Shown here in pieces: positions 38,230 to 50,844 of a stretch of 64,000 nt of DNA. The notes beneath the pieces are model-generated. The model was not told the origin of the DNA and searched no databases. It saw only the letters and a program-made list of their open reading frames with translations. The stretch comes from Camelus dromedarius (lineage: Eukaryota): positions 71,302,001-71,366,000 of the forward strand of contig NC_087437.1 of the NCBI RefSeq assembly GCF_036321535.1, given 5' to 3'. The translations under genes were made by a program, and so were the position numbers. How positions within the stretch are numbered: the first letter of the stretch is position 1; every line of letters starts with the position of its first letter.

Positions 38230-41200
38230 TTCAGTAACAGCTTTACTTAGATATAACTCACAAACCATAAAATTCACTTTTCTAAAAGCATACAATCCAG
38301 TAGTTTTTAGCATATCCTGAGTTGTACAACTATCAGTACTAATTTTAGAATATTTTCATCAACCCAAAAAGATGCCCAAATTCATTAGCAGTCACTCCTC
38401 ATTCCTCCCTCCCCTGGTCACAAATTTATTTTCAATTTCTATGAATTTGCCGATTCTGGACATTTAATAAAAATAGAATCATCAAATATGTGTTCTTTGG
38501 GGACTGGCTTCTTTCACGTAGCATAATGTTTCAAGGTTTACCCATGTTGTAACATGTATCAGTACTTCACTCCTTTTTATTGCTAAATACTATTCCATTG
38601 TATGACTATACATTTTGTATATCTGTATGTACACTTTCTTCTGTTAATGGACATTGAGGATGTTTCCATTTTTTGGTCACTATGAATAAAGCTATGAATA
38701 TTTTAGTACAAGTTGTTGTGTGAACGTAAGCTTTCCATTCCCCTGCATAGAAACCTAGAAATGGAATTGCTGGTTCATATGCTAACTCTATGTTCAACAT
38801 TTTGAGAGACTACAAAACTGTTTATCAATTTTTTCAGTTTTATGATGCGACATCAATGCATGAGCAGTCCAATTTATTCACATCTTCAACATCTGCTAAT
38901 CTGTCTTTTTATTTTAGCCATTCCAATGGGTGTGAAGGGGTATCTCATGGTTTTGATTTACATTTCTCTAATAGCAAATGACACTAAGCATCTTCTATGC
39001 ACTTGGTCATTTGTATAACTTCTTCGGAGAAATTACTATTTAAATCCTTTGCCCATTTTTAATTGGTTATATGTCTTTTTCTTGTTGAGTTGTAAGAGTT
39101 CTTTATATATTCTAGACACAAATACCTATCAGATATATAACTTGTACATATTTTCTCTCAATGAGTTAGTTGTCTTTTTCCCTCTTTTAATGGACCCCTT
39201 CAAGCACAAAAGTTTTTAATTTTGATGAAGGCCAATTTATCTTATTTTTTTCTTTTGTCATTTGAGCTTTAATGTCCTATCTAAGAAACCAATGTCTAAT
39301 CCAAAGGGCTTGAGGATTTACAGCTACAGTTTTTTCTGAGGGTTTTATACTTATAGATCTTGCACTTAGGTCGATGATCCATTTTCAGTTAATTTTTGTA
39401 TATAATATGAAGTAGGGGTTAAAATTTATTATTTTGCATGTAGATATCTAGTTATTCTAACACCATTTGGTGAAAAGACTATTCTTTCCCCCATTGAATT
39501 GTTTTGGCACCCTTGTCAAAAATCAATTTATGATTGGTTAAGTGTAAGATTTTATCTCTGGAGTCTCAATTCTATGCCATTAACCTGTATATCTAGATTT
39601 ATGCCAGGAGATATATTGCCTTGATTACTGCAGCTTTGTAGTAAACACTGAAATCAAGAAGTGTAAGTCCTCCAATGTTAGGAACAGAATTGTATCCCCC
39701 TAAATGCACATGTTGAAGTTCTAACCCCCAATATGATTATACTTGGAGATGGAGACTTTAAGGAGGAAATTAGGTTAAATGAGGTTGCTGTGGACTGAAT
39801 TATGCCCCCCCCCCAATTCATATGTAGAATCCCCAAATCCCAATGTGATGGCATTTGGAGATGGGGCCTCTGGGTTCCAGAACTCTAAGAAAATAACTTT
39901 CTGTTGTTTAAGCCACTCTATGGCATTTTGTTATGGCAGCCCTAACAGACTAATTTATCCAACTTTGTTCTTCTTTTTTAAGATTTGTTTGCTATTGTGG
40001 GTACCTTCTATTTCCATATGAATTTTAGGGTTCACTTGTCAATTTCTACAAAAATACCAGTTGGAACTCTGATAGGGATCACACTGAACTGCAGGTCAAT
40101 TTGGGGAGTACAGCCATCTTAGCAATATTAAGTCTTCCAATCCGTAAGCATGAGATTCTTTTCGTTACTTAAGTCTAATTTCTTCCAACAATGTTTAGCA
40201 GCTTTCAGTGTACATGTATTATACTTCTGTTAAATGTATTCCCAAGTATTTTATTCTTTTTTGATGTTATTATAAACTTTTTAAATTTTATTTTCAGTTT
40301 TTTTATTGTGAATATATAGAAATACAACTTATTTCTGTATTTTGGTCATGTATTCTGCAACCTTGCTGAACTTATTAGTTCTAACATGTTTTTATTGGTG
40401 CTCTTAGAATTCTATACATACAAAAACATGTCATCTGCCAATGGAGACAATTTTATTTCTACACTTTTAGTCTGGATGTCTTTTACTTATTTTTCTTGCC
40501 TAATTTCTCTGGCTGGAACCTTCAATACAATGTTGAATAGAAGTGGCAAGAAAGAGCATCCTTGTTGTGTTCCTGGCCTTAAGAGGGAAGCATTATAGTC
40601 TTCCACCATTAAATATGCTAGCTATGAGCTTTATGAGGTTAATGAAATTCCCTGCTAGACCTAATTTGTTTTGTTTTTTAATCATGAAAGGATGATGGGT
40701 TTTGTTAAAATTTTTTTCTGTACTGATTGAAATGATCACGTCGTGTTTTTGTCCTCTATTCTAATATAGTGTATTATATTGATTGATTTTCATATGTTGA
40801 ACAACCTTGTATAAATCATGGCATATAATGTTTCTTGTGTATTGCTGGTTTTGGTTTGCTACTATTTTGTTGAGGATTTTTGTGTCTACATTGAGCATAA
40901 ATACTGGTCTGTAGTTTTCTTGTGGGGTTCTTTGTCTGGTTTTGCTATCAAGGTAATACTGGTTTCATAGAGTGAGCTGGGAAGTGTTACCTCCTCTTTT
41001 GTTTTTTGGAATATTTTGTGAAGGACTGGTGTTAATTCTACTGTAACATATGGCAGAATTCACCAATGAAGCCATCTGGGCCTGTGCTTTTCTTTATAGG
41101 TAGATTTTTTTATTACTAGTTCAATCTCTTTCCTTGACATAGGTCTATTCAGATTTTCTATTTCTGCTTGAGTCACTTTCAATAGTTTGTGACTTTCTAG

Positions 41201-42640
41201 GCATTTGTCCATTTCACTTAGGCTAACTAATCTGTTGGCACACAATTGCTCAGAGAATGAACCCTTTATTTTTGTAAGGTCAGTAGTAATGTTACCACTC
41301 TTACTTCTGGATGAAATCATTTTAATCTTCTTTTTTCTTGGTAAACTTAGCTAAAGGTTTGTCAATTTTGTTGATCTTTTCAAATAAAGAACTTCTGGTT
41401 ATGTTGATTACCACTATTTTTTATCCTATATTTCATTAATTTCTGTTCTAATCTTTATTATTTCCTTGCTTCTACTTGCTTGGAGCTTCACCTCTCTCTT
41501 TTTTTCTAATTTCTTAAGGTGGAAAGTTAATTCAAGATCATTCTTCTTTTTTAATATAGGTGTTTATAGTTATAAACTACCCACTAAGCACTGCTTTATC
41601 TATATCTCATAAGCTTTGGTATGCTGGGGTTTTTTGCTTTCAGTTAACTCAAAGTATTTTCTAATTTCCCTTGTGATTTCTTTTTTCACCCCTTGGCTTT
41701 CTAGGAGTGTTCTGCTTTATATCCACTTTTTTTGTGTGAATTTCCCAAATTTACTTCTGTTACTGAATTCTAATGTCATTCCAATGTGGTTAGAGAACAT
41801 ATTTTGTATTATTTCAATCCTTTCGAATTTATTAAGGCTTGTTTAATGACGTAGTATATGGCCTCTCTCCTGGAGAATGTTCCGTGTACACTTGAGAAGG
41901 ATGTATATTCTGTTATGAGTGGAATGTCCCATAGATGTCTTTTAAGTCTAGTTAGTTTATAGTGTTGTTCAACTCCTCTGTTTCCTTGATCTTCTGCCTG
42001 GGTATTCTATATATCAGTGATAGCGGGGTACTGAAATCTCCCAACAATTATTGTTGAATTGTCAATTTTTCTCTTCAGTTCTGTCAGTTTTTATTCCATG
42101 AATCTTACAGTTCTCTTATTAGATGCATGTAAGTGTACAATTGTTATGAATTCCAGGTGGATTGACCCTTTCATTATTACAAAATCTTCTTCCTTGTCTC
42201 TAGTAATTTTTATCTTTCAGCCTATTTAGTCCGATATTACTATAGTTACTCCAGCTCTCTTTTGATCATTGTTTGCATCGTGTATCTTTTTCCATCATTT
42301 TACTTTCCATCAATTTCTATCTTTACCTCTAAGGTGTTTCTTTTAGACAGCATATAGTCAAATCATGTTTTTTTCATTCATTCTGCTTACCTCTGCCTTC
42401 TGCTAGAAGTGTTTAATCCACTTAGGTTTAACAATTTAATGTAATGTCTGCCATTTTGTAATTTGTTTTCTGTGTCTTAGGTCTTTTTGTCCCTCTATTT
42501 CTCCATTACTGCCTTCTTATGTGTTAAACAGATGTTTCTAGTGTGCCATTTTCATTCCCTTTATGTTTCTTTTACCATATTTTTAAAGTTATTTTCTGAG
42601 TGGTTACCCTGGGGGTTACAATTAACATCTTAACTTGTAA
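38230..42640 (-). mobile_element. Large decayed ancient L1 (L1MB-like), sense to GRAMD1C, ending about 165 nt from the exon 6 donor
   Basis: T-rich L1 ORF2 remnants; ORFs 41060-41320 (GNITTD...EIENLNRP..KEIELVIK) and 38606-38800 are ORF2-derived. Confidence 0.9.
39676..39957 (+). mobile_element. MaLR (MLT1/MST-like) LTR remnant nested in an L1
   Basis: TG start, ttctgttgtttaagccac...tttgttatggcagccct 3' end, 5-bp TSD tccaa. Confidence 0.82.
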
Positions 42641-42804
42641 CTATGGATTTTATGTTACTTCAAGTTTCTTGTTGGAATTTGAAGAGTCTAGTCAAAATTA
42701 ACTCCATAAAAATAAAAAGGAGCTTTCAACTCACAAACACTGTTTAGGTACACATTGGGAGGTCGCTGTTATAACAAGCACTCACCTCTGGTGTGAACAC
42801 TTAC

Positions 42805-42885
42805 CTTGTCTAATAGTACGTTCTGCCACAACCTAAAGATACTGAGGTAACTTCTATCCCTGGCACCAAAAGATGTAAAGAAAAA
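42805..42885 (-). CDS. GRAMD1C: GRAMD1C exon 6 (81 nt), end of GRAM domain
   Basis: ttgcag|TTT...AAG|gtaagt; FFFTSFGARDRSYLSIFRLWQNVLLDK. Confidence 0.96.
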
Positions 42886-44399
42886 CTGCAAAGACAAATA
42901 ATACAACAATTTTAGCATCATGGAAAAAAAGGGGAAAGTATCTGTCACAATGGTCTGCTGGCACTTGCTATGGTCAAAGCAAACTAGTAGGTCACCACTG
43001 CCTACTTCATATACTATTTTTGTTAAACTTTTTGTTACAACAGAAGAAAAACAGGTAATTGGTGCATGAACAAATTATTTTTTTAAATTGTGCCTTACAC
43101 CAAATACAATTTTATCAATATTTACTAGGGAAAGGAGCTTGAGATGGGTAGCTATTTATGTTTATTGTAGTTTAACTATTAAAGTCAATCTAAGTAAACT
43201 TATGAAAAAATTAAAATTTTATTTATTCTGAACTTTGCAAAGAGATATGATATGGTGGCCATTTGAGTCAAATATACACAAACAATAAGAAAAAAAATAC
43301 AAGTGGATTTCAGAGATAGATTTTTTTAAGTATCCTAATTCAAAATTATATTATCTTCTAAAAAATCCAGAAATACCTAATCTCAACTGATTATAGATAC
43401 AAAATCCCCATGTTAACACTAAACTTTGATTTACATGTTGTAGAAGAAAAACAGCATGTTTCAATCTATAATCCCATGTTGGCTTTTAGCCCTATCTCTT
43501 CCTCTGCATATAACTGATTTTTGCAAAGTCACATCATAAAATAGGATTTTATGAGAAAATATGACAAGTGGCAGCACTAAATACAGTCTCTCAGTGTACC
43601 ATCTCTTCTCATCCCCTAGTTAGTGACTTTTCAGATTGGTTATTTTTAGGAATGAGAAAGCCCAGTTCTATGTTTGATTTATTAAATAAAATGCCAAACA
43701 AAATTATATTTGGGGTATTTATACTTTTCATAGAAAGATTTTCAAGTAATATTTGCCAGTTAATAAATTGAAATCTTGTTTATATAATATTCTTCAAAAA
43801 GCAAAACTTTTGATAACAGGGGCCCATATATCTGGGAGCTCTTCCAAATATAATTGCATATGTAATATGGGATCTAATGATCACTATTTACTATTTACTA
43901 TTTCCTTTTCTTAGACCAAACTGTTTTGCTTTTTGTATTTTAATCACCTTACAACCTTGTATGTACATATACAGATAAGAAAAATGTCATAGTCCACCAC
44001 TTTTCACCACGGTATTATGCTTACTAATTCCCTCTTCTTAAACTAAAGGCCTTGCTATGGACTTTATCCTCTCTGTACAGAATCACATTTTCAGCTCTTT
44101 AACACTCCCATCTTTCTGGGTAATCTATGTAAATTGCCATCTTATTTTATTCCTTGTTATATATGTAATTTTAAAAATTTATTAATAAATCTTGATTCAA
44201 TAATAAGCTTAGTTTGGAAGGAGTTCTGGATAATGACATCTCTAAGCCGCTGGGGCACAGAATGTGTGTTAAAACCTAAGACAACTAAAAGTGCCCTGAT
44301 TAACCTTCCTTTAATCACAGAGTACATGGAAGGGATAAATATTTAGTAGTGTAGACTTTTGTTCCCATGATGATGGGAAAAGAGATCACCGAATCAATA

Positions 44400-44628
44400 T
44401 AGTGAGGTAATCCGGACCAGGGTCTCTGCAAATAAACTACCTGGGTTCATGTGCCGGCTCTACCACTTAGTTCTATGACTTTGAGTCACTTTTCTTTGGT
44501 TTCCTCATCTACAAAATGAGAATAATTATACTAGCAATTTTTTTGTGAGAACTGAGAAAATATATGTAAAAAACTTAATACAGTGTCTAGAACAAGTATG
44601 TTCAGCAAATCCTAGTTGTTATCATTAC
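44400..44628 (+). mobile_element. MIR
   Basis: ctgggttcatgtgccggctctaccacttag...gtttcctcatctacaaaatgagaataat. Confidence 0.72.
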
Positions 44629-45133
44629 TGAAGTTAAAATGCTTGACCTTGAAATTCCATTACCTATATGAGAAAGAGACACATGTGAGCTTAAGAAAGC
44701 ATGGTCAGACAGTTCAGTGCAGCACTACTTGTAACAACAGAACAATGGAAATGAACTAACAGTCAAGGAAACTATGGTAAGTCCGTCCTATGAAATATAC
44801 TATATAGCACTTTAATAAACAGAGATGGGCCTATCCTATGTGCTAACCTGTGATGCCAAGAGATAATGTTACACTATTTTTTAAGAAAAGAGAACTGAAG
44901 AATAACATGTAAAACACAGCATTTACTTTAAAGACAAAGCAAAACTATATGCTTATGTAGATGCATACATACACGTAAGTACAAAGGAAGAAGGTCTGAA
45001 AGGTCTGAAAAGATACATACCAAACTGATAACAGTATTTGCCTTTAAAAAAGCCAGGCAATCGGGGATTACAGGCATGGAAGTAGGATGGTAGTTTTTGA
45101 ATTGTTTAATGAATTGTTAGCAATGGATATCTA

Positions 45134-45642
45134 TGTCGACAAAAACTCAAATTAACTATCAAGCTAGAAAGAAAAGAGAGAATTTTATTTGAGCCAAACT
45201 GAGGGTTATAACCCAGGAGACAGTCTTTCAGAAAGCTCTGAGGTCTGTTCCACTGGTCAAGCATTAGAGATATGGTTAGACAAAGAATGATGTATCACAT
45301 TAACAGGTTAACATTATAAATAAAGTTAATCAGAGATGTTTGTTCAGGTGTGCACGTACAGAGCAAGCCTTTAGGTCTCTGCAACTCCCTGTACAGGATG
45401 GAAAGAGAAATAGTAATCTTAAAATTACAGTGCTGACGTCTGAAGAATGGGACCATTCTTCTCAAAGGCTGGTTACATCCTCCTGCCTTGAGGAGGTCTG
45501 GTTAATGTGTAATGCAGGTGCACACCAGACACCGGGAAAGGCTCGTCCAAAATGGGTGTGTAGGTGGTTGTTATGTGTGTTTCAGTTCTGATTTAGTTTG
45601 ACTGTCCTGCCATAAAGAAATTTATGATTTTTCCTCATCACA
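45134..45642 (-). mobile_element. Probable ERV solo LTR, sense to GRAMD1C
   Basis: TG...CA ends, ~510 bp, minus-strand AATAAA near 45185, gacagtctttcagaaagctctgag motif typical of ERV1 LTRs. Confidence 0.6.
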
Positions 45643-45699
45643 TATATTAATTGTAAAATTAAGAATGTTTATTTTAGGTCTTGTTCCCTTCCCTTCCAC

Positions 45700-47655
45700 C
45701 TAGAAGAGGAGGCGAGGGGAGGGGAGGGGCAGAGGAGCTGCAGTAGCCCAAGGCAGGTTGTCAGAACCAGACAAAAATGAGAAGCAGTCTGCAGAGAAGG
45801 GCTGCCCTGTGTGGAGTGTCAGAGCCCAAGGAGGTAAGAATGACTTCCACATATGGGGGTGATCTGGAGCACAGCATGAAAACAAGGATGGGGTGAGGGG
45901 CACAAATCAGAGCCCAAGGAGGGCGACCATGGAATGGGGGAGCCTGGTGTGGATGTCCAAACCCAAGCACGCTGAACAGTGTAGCCATGGACAGGGCGCC
46001 CACCAAGGCACATCAGAGCCAGAGCGGGCAAGGGCAACGCAGTGTGATGGAATCCATGAGGAGGATTTGTGCTGGGGAGTCAGAGCCCAAGCAGGGTGAG
46101 GAGGGCAGCTGCGCACGGTGGTGGACCAGCACAGAATGTCAGAGCACAAGCAGAAGACGGAGGGCGTCCCTCTGGAGCGGTGACCTGGCGCAGCGTACAG
46201 GGAAAACAGGGAGGGTGCTCGGCAGGGGGTGTCACCCCAAGCAGGGTGAGCGGAGCTCTCACGGGATGGGAGCACCCGTGTGGCAGTGGGATGGGAAGCA
46301 GCCTGACTCAAAGTGTCAGAAGCCAAGCGTGGGGAAGGAGCAGCAGGGGAGGTGAAGATGGGTTACTGATCAACGAAGTAAACATATTAAGGATAAGAAG
46401 AGGCTGGTTTGTCTCAGTCAGAGAAGGGAGCTAAATACAAAAGGAAGAAAACAAAAATGAACTCTGTGGTGTTGCACTGGAATTAGAGGTACTGGTGTGA
46501 ACTGGTGATTTGTCATAGACAGACAGGTAGGTAGGTAAACACAGATGTGTAAGTGGGGATATATATGTATGTGTATTATGTGTACGGGTGTGTAATTTAT
46601 ATATTCATTGTATATCCCCTTGTTCTGCCCATTAGAGGGTTCAAACAGTGACACCTCAATAGCAATGAACACACTGGCTTCTAAAAATCAGTCTCCCCTA
46701 AAAGAAACCAGGACTACTTAGAGAAATGGCTGATTCCAGGGCTGAGGCAGGGAAGGCCTATATAACATCTTATGCTAAAAACCAAGGAAATGTTCAAACA
46801 ATGCTGGGAATAGTCAAAAGGACACAAGAGCCAGCTTGAGGGAGCTCCCACTGACCAAATGTGGGACAATTTTAGCGTCAAAATAAATAATAATGGCATT
46901 TATTCACTGAATAAAGTAAGAAACTATGAAGTCATACTGATATAAGCAAGTGAATAAATTTAAAGTTTGATGAGGTATAGTATATTTACATAGTTTCAAA
47001 GTAGCTTACCACAAAACGCTATTACAAAGGAAAATAGTCTAACTTTACAGTAGAATCTGAAGACACCACCTCATTCAAGTGATTAAAGTGAATATCACCA
47101 GTAATGGTAGAAATTAAATCATGTACCATCTAATGGGATGCAATGGAAAGAACAGAGCATCACTTCTGTGTTATTTCTGCGAAAATTGCATGACCTAAAC
47201 TTAATCATAAGAAAAAAATCAAACACAATTGAGGGACATCCTAGAAAATAACTGACCTGTAATCTTTAGAAGTGTCAGGGCACAAAAGTCAAGGAAAGAC
47301 TAAGAGACTAGCCCAAAATAAGGAAATTAAAGAACATGACAACCAAATGTAACATATATTTCCAAATCGATCTATCTGTTATAAGGGATATTACTGGGAT
47401 AACCGAGGAAACTGAAGGGGGTTTGAGGATTGGATGGTGATAACCATCAATGGTAATTTCTTGAATTTGATGGTGATGTTGTGGTTATATAGGAGAATGT
47501 CGTTGTTGGAAGTACATGCTAGACTATCTGGAGTGATGTCTGGGATGATGAGGCTTCAGAACGTTATTGACAACTTATTCTCAAATGGTTCAGAGGAGAA
47601 GAGTTCTCTGTACTGTACCCGGAAGTGTAGGGATGAGATCGTTTAAAAATAAAAC
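45700..47655 (+). mobile_element. Ancient L1MC/L1MD-like 3' region with an internal degenerate repeat
   Basis: agaaatggctgattccagggctgaggcaggg and caatagcaatgaacaca motifs; related fragments at 16330-17170 (-) and 25190-25500 (+). Confidence 0.7.
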
Positions 47656-48435
47656 TGAAAGTTGAAAGCTCATGTGAAAGAAACTTTACAAGATTAAAAT
47701 GTATCATGACAATGATTCAATCTCGATTGTGTTTCTCTCCCCACCCCTACTCTTTCCTTTGTCTCTTTCCTCTTTTCTCTTTCACTTCATTCCTTCCTTT
47801 CTTCTATCCTCCCTTCTCCATAATTCCCTTCCATACTTTCCTGTTTTTCCTTCCTTCCTTATTTCTTTCTCATCATTATGTTTCTAATGTCACATACAAA
47901 GCTCTTACTAATTTTCCAGGTGGAGAGAGAAAGATTCTTCATACCAAGAAATGATGGATATTGTAGTGGATAATAAAAAATGATGGCAGTTAAAGAAAGT
48001 CGCCATTCTAAAAGAAGACTGTAATGATCCTGTGCTTATTTGTATGTTACCAAATCTCTGTTCACCAGAACCACTGGTTTTCATTAAGTTTCTATTGTGC
48101 ACATATTATTGACTCACCAACAATCACAGAATTATTAGGGTGTTTAGAAATAATAAGGATGTTCTGATAATGCTTACCCTATCCACCTCTAATAATGAAG
48201 AAATGAAAAAACCTGGGAGAAAGTGCTCTGTAAACTATAAAGTACAAAAAATGTTAGCTGTCATTTAAAGTTAATCAGCAACCAATAAGTACACAGAAAT
48301 CTAGTATTAAATACAGTGTATCTCTATTAGATATTCCTAACTCCAACAATTGCCTATATTCCCAACACTGATGACCAGTATGAGGCAGATTTTCTCCACA
48401 TCATGTAATAAGGCAAAGGCAGAAACGTTTTTCAC

Positions 48436-48531
48436 CTTTTCACCCTCTGTAACAATCTGGATAGCATTCGGGATGAGTCGAGCAGTTTTCTCCTTGGTCA
48501 TGAAGGTTATGTTCTTTAAAGCAATAGAAAT
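48436..48531 (-). CDS. GRAMD1C: GRAMD1C exon 5 (96 nt), GRAM domain
   Basis: gtttag|ATT...AAG|gtgaaa; ISIALKNITFMTKEKTARLIPNAIQIVTEGEK. Confidence 0.96.
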
Positions 48532-48773
48532 CTAAACACATAACAAAGAATGAAAAATTGCAAAATGCATTTCTCAGAAACATATACAACACAAAATACC
48601 AACATTACATCAATCTAATCCAGAATATTCAGGCGAAAAACCTGAAGGAGTTAATAAGCACAGGCTTACATTCTCTGAGAAAAACACAGTAAACAGACAT
48701 CTTCCTTTCAGTAATTTCCTCCATCAGCTCCTATATCTAATATTAGGATACAGTGTGAGAAGACACGTGGGTG

Positions 48774-48891
48774 TTTATGTTCCACATTAACACATACACA
48801 CAAATACACAAGCAAAATTCAGTCTGTCACATTTTATGTTCCACATTAACACATACACACAAATGCACAAGCAAAATTCAGTCTGTCACAT
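48774..48891. repeat. 59-bp tandem duplication (2 copies, 1 mismatch)
   Basis: tttatgttccacattaacacatacacacaaatRcacaagcaaaattcagtctgtcacat x2. Confidence 0.95.
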
Positions 48892-49171
48892 AAGACATGA
48901 TTTTGGCAGCCAAAAGGAGGTATATTCAAGCTTTTTTCAACCTGAAATCTCTTTTCCCAACTATATTAAATGTGTACAAATGGAGCTCAATGTATTAAGA
49001 AATATATATTACACACTTACACTACATATAAATATATTTGGATGTATACAAGTATAGATATATAAATACAAACTTGCTTTGAAATCTAATTACATTATTT
49101 TTAAGCTGGCTGGATACATTTCTATCTATGCAATTATCTGTATCAGCAAATCAAGTGAAAATATGTCTTAC

Positions 49172-49275
49172 TGTAGTTTCCCATCTGAAGATGTTGCTAT
49201 GGAAACAAAGCCAGTTTTCTGAAAGGTATAGTCGTCCCTGAAGCAAAATGTCCCTCTGAAGAGCACAAGCATAAT
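49172..49275 (-). CDS. GRAMD1C: GRAMD1C exon 4 (104 nt), GRAM domain
   Basis: atgtag|AT...ACA|gtaaga; (D)YACALQRDILLQGRLYLSENWLCFHSNIFRWETT. Confidence 0.96.
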
Positions 49276-49389
49276 CTACATACACACAAAAAAAATAAGG
49301 AACAGGTTACTTACACATACCAAAAAAATCTGGCAACTTCGTAAATCTTACACTATTTTAACACATGGAAAGTCATCGCTCTATTCATT

Positions 49390-50105
49390 AGCTAATTCAT
49401 TCATTCATTCATTTATCCATATACTTCAGGCACCAAACACCAGATAACCAGATATTTTGCTAGTTGCTAGGGTTACCGGAAATGGACCTCACCTTCATGG
49501 AACACTGTCTAGAGGGGAAGGCATACAATAAAAAGAAAATACAAAAATAAGTATAATGATCAAAATGTGGACAAAGCTGAGACCATATAACAAGGGGTGT
49601 ACAGGTATGAGGGATGAGGTAGGGAGAGAATATTCAGAAAAGTTCTCCAAAAATGTGATCTTTAAGTTGAGATCTAAAGATCAGTAAAGGGTCAGCTGGA
49701 CCATGCTGGAATAGCATGTGCAAAGGCCCTGTGGTATGGGGGGAAAACAGCACCTTTGAGCAACTATACAAAGACAGATCTCTTTCACTAGAGAAGCTGG
49801 AGAAGCTAGATCATGTAAGGTTTCACAGGCCATGGCAGACTCTGGACTTTATGAAAAGCCATCAGTGAATTTTAAATGGAAGGGACATGGTCAGATGTAA
49901 ATTATTAAAGACTACTTCAATCACACTGTGAGAATGACTTCAGATAAATCCACTGGAACTTCAGGGGGAAACTGATGATGACTCAGACCAGGAGAGGACA
50001 GTGCTAGAGAAAGAAGTAGTTAGATTCAGAGGTATTTAAGGGGTAGTACTGATGGGGAATTGGTAGCTAATTAGATACTGGGTAAGGGTAAAGGAAGGAG
50101 CAAGG
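49390..50105 (-). mobile_element. L2 fragment
   Basis: (TTCA)n tail followed by agcatgtgcaaaggccctgtgg-type L2 motifs; similar remnants near 16060-16240, 29825-30300, 33000-33330 and 55640-55870. Confidence 0.68.
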
Positions 50106-50659
50106 ATAACTAAAAATTGTATACATTTTAAGTTACTTTCAAATTTGATCCTCCCTACCTCAGCACAAGCGTCCAGCAAAATCAAGAGTGCTCTGACAAA
50201 TGCCAGTGCCTACCAACAAGTTAATACCATGCCTCTAAGATGAAGATCTGGCTCTGCGGCTAATGTAAACAGAATTGCTAAATTACTGGTAATACAAGAT
50301 ATAAAGAGCTTCTATGAGGAGATTTAGGCTAACAGAAAATTTTTAAACTATATAAAATGATTAGCAATTTTAGGAAAAAATTATTGTGGTTATGAACTTC
50401 AAAATATTTAAATGTGGTCATGTTAAATTTCTAAGCAAATACTAAAAATTGAGCAAAGGAATTCAATCTTTCACAATGCTTCCTTCAGCAAAATAAAACT
50501 GAGATGCCACCAAACAAACAAACAAAAAAATCCTAGTAAATAATTGAGCAAATTGAGTTACCCATTTACTAGTATGTATCTCTAAAACAGGGGTTAGGCT
50601 AAAGGTCACTTGAGGTATCCTGAAATTTTTGTCTAAATCACTGAAACATTTTATTAATT

Positions 50660-50844
50660 AGATGCTTCTCAACCATCATATCAGAAATACTTGGCAGATT
50701 TATTAAAATACAGATAATAGCTAGGCCCCTTCCCCAGAGTTTCTGATTAAATATGTCTGGGCTCAGACAAAGAGTCTGCAGTTACAGCAAGGTCCCAGGT
50801 GACGCTGAAGTTGCGAGTCTGTGGACCACACTTGGAGAACCACT
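50660..50844. mobile_element. MER5A-like hAT MITE
   Basis: cttctcaac...ccccagagtttctgatt...gtcccaggtgacgctga...ggaccacacttggagaaccactg. Confidence 0.8.

Noticed and set aside
45755..46350. CRISPR-like array
   Set aside because: Mammalian intron; repeats are highly degenerate, spacing is irregular, there are no cas genes, and the array is continuous with an L1 remnant.
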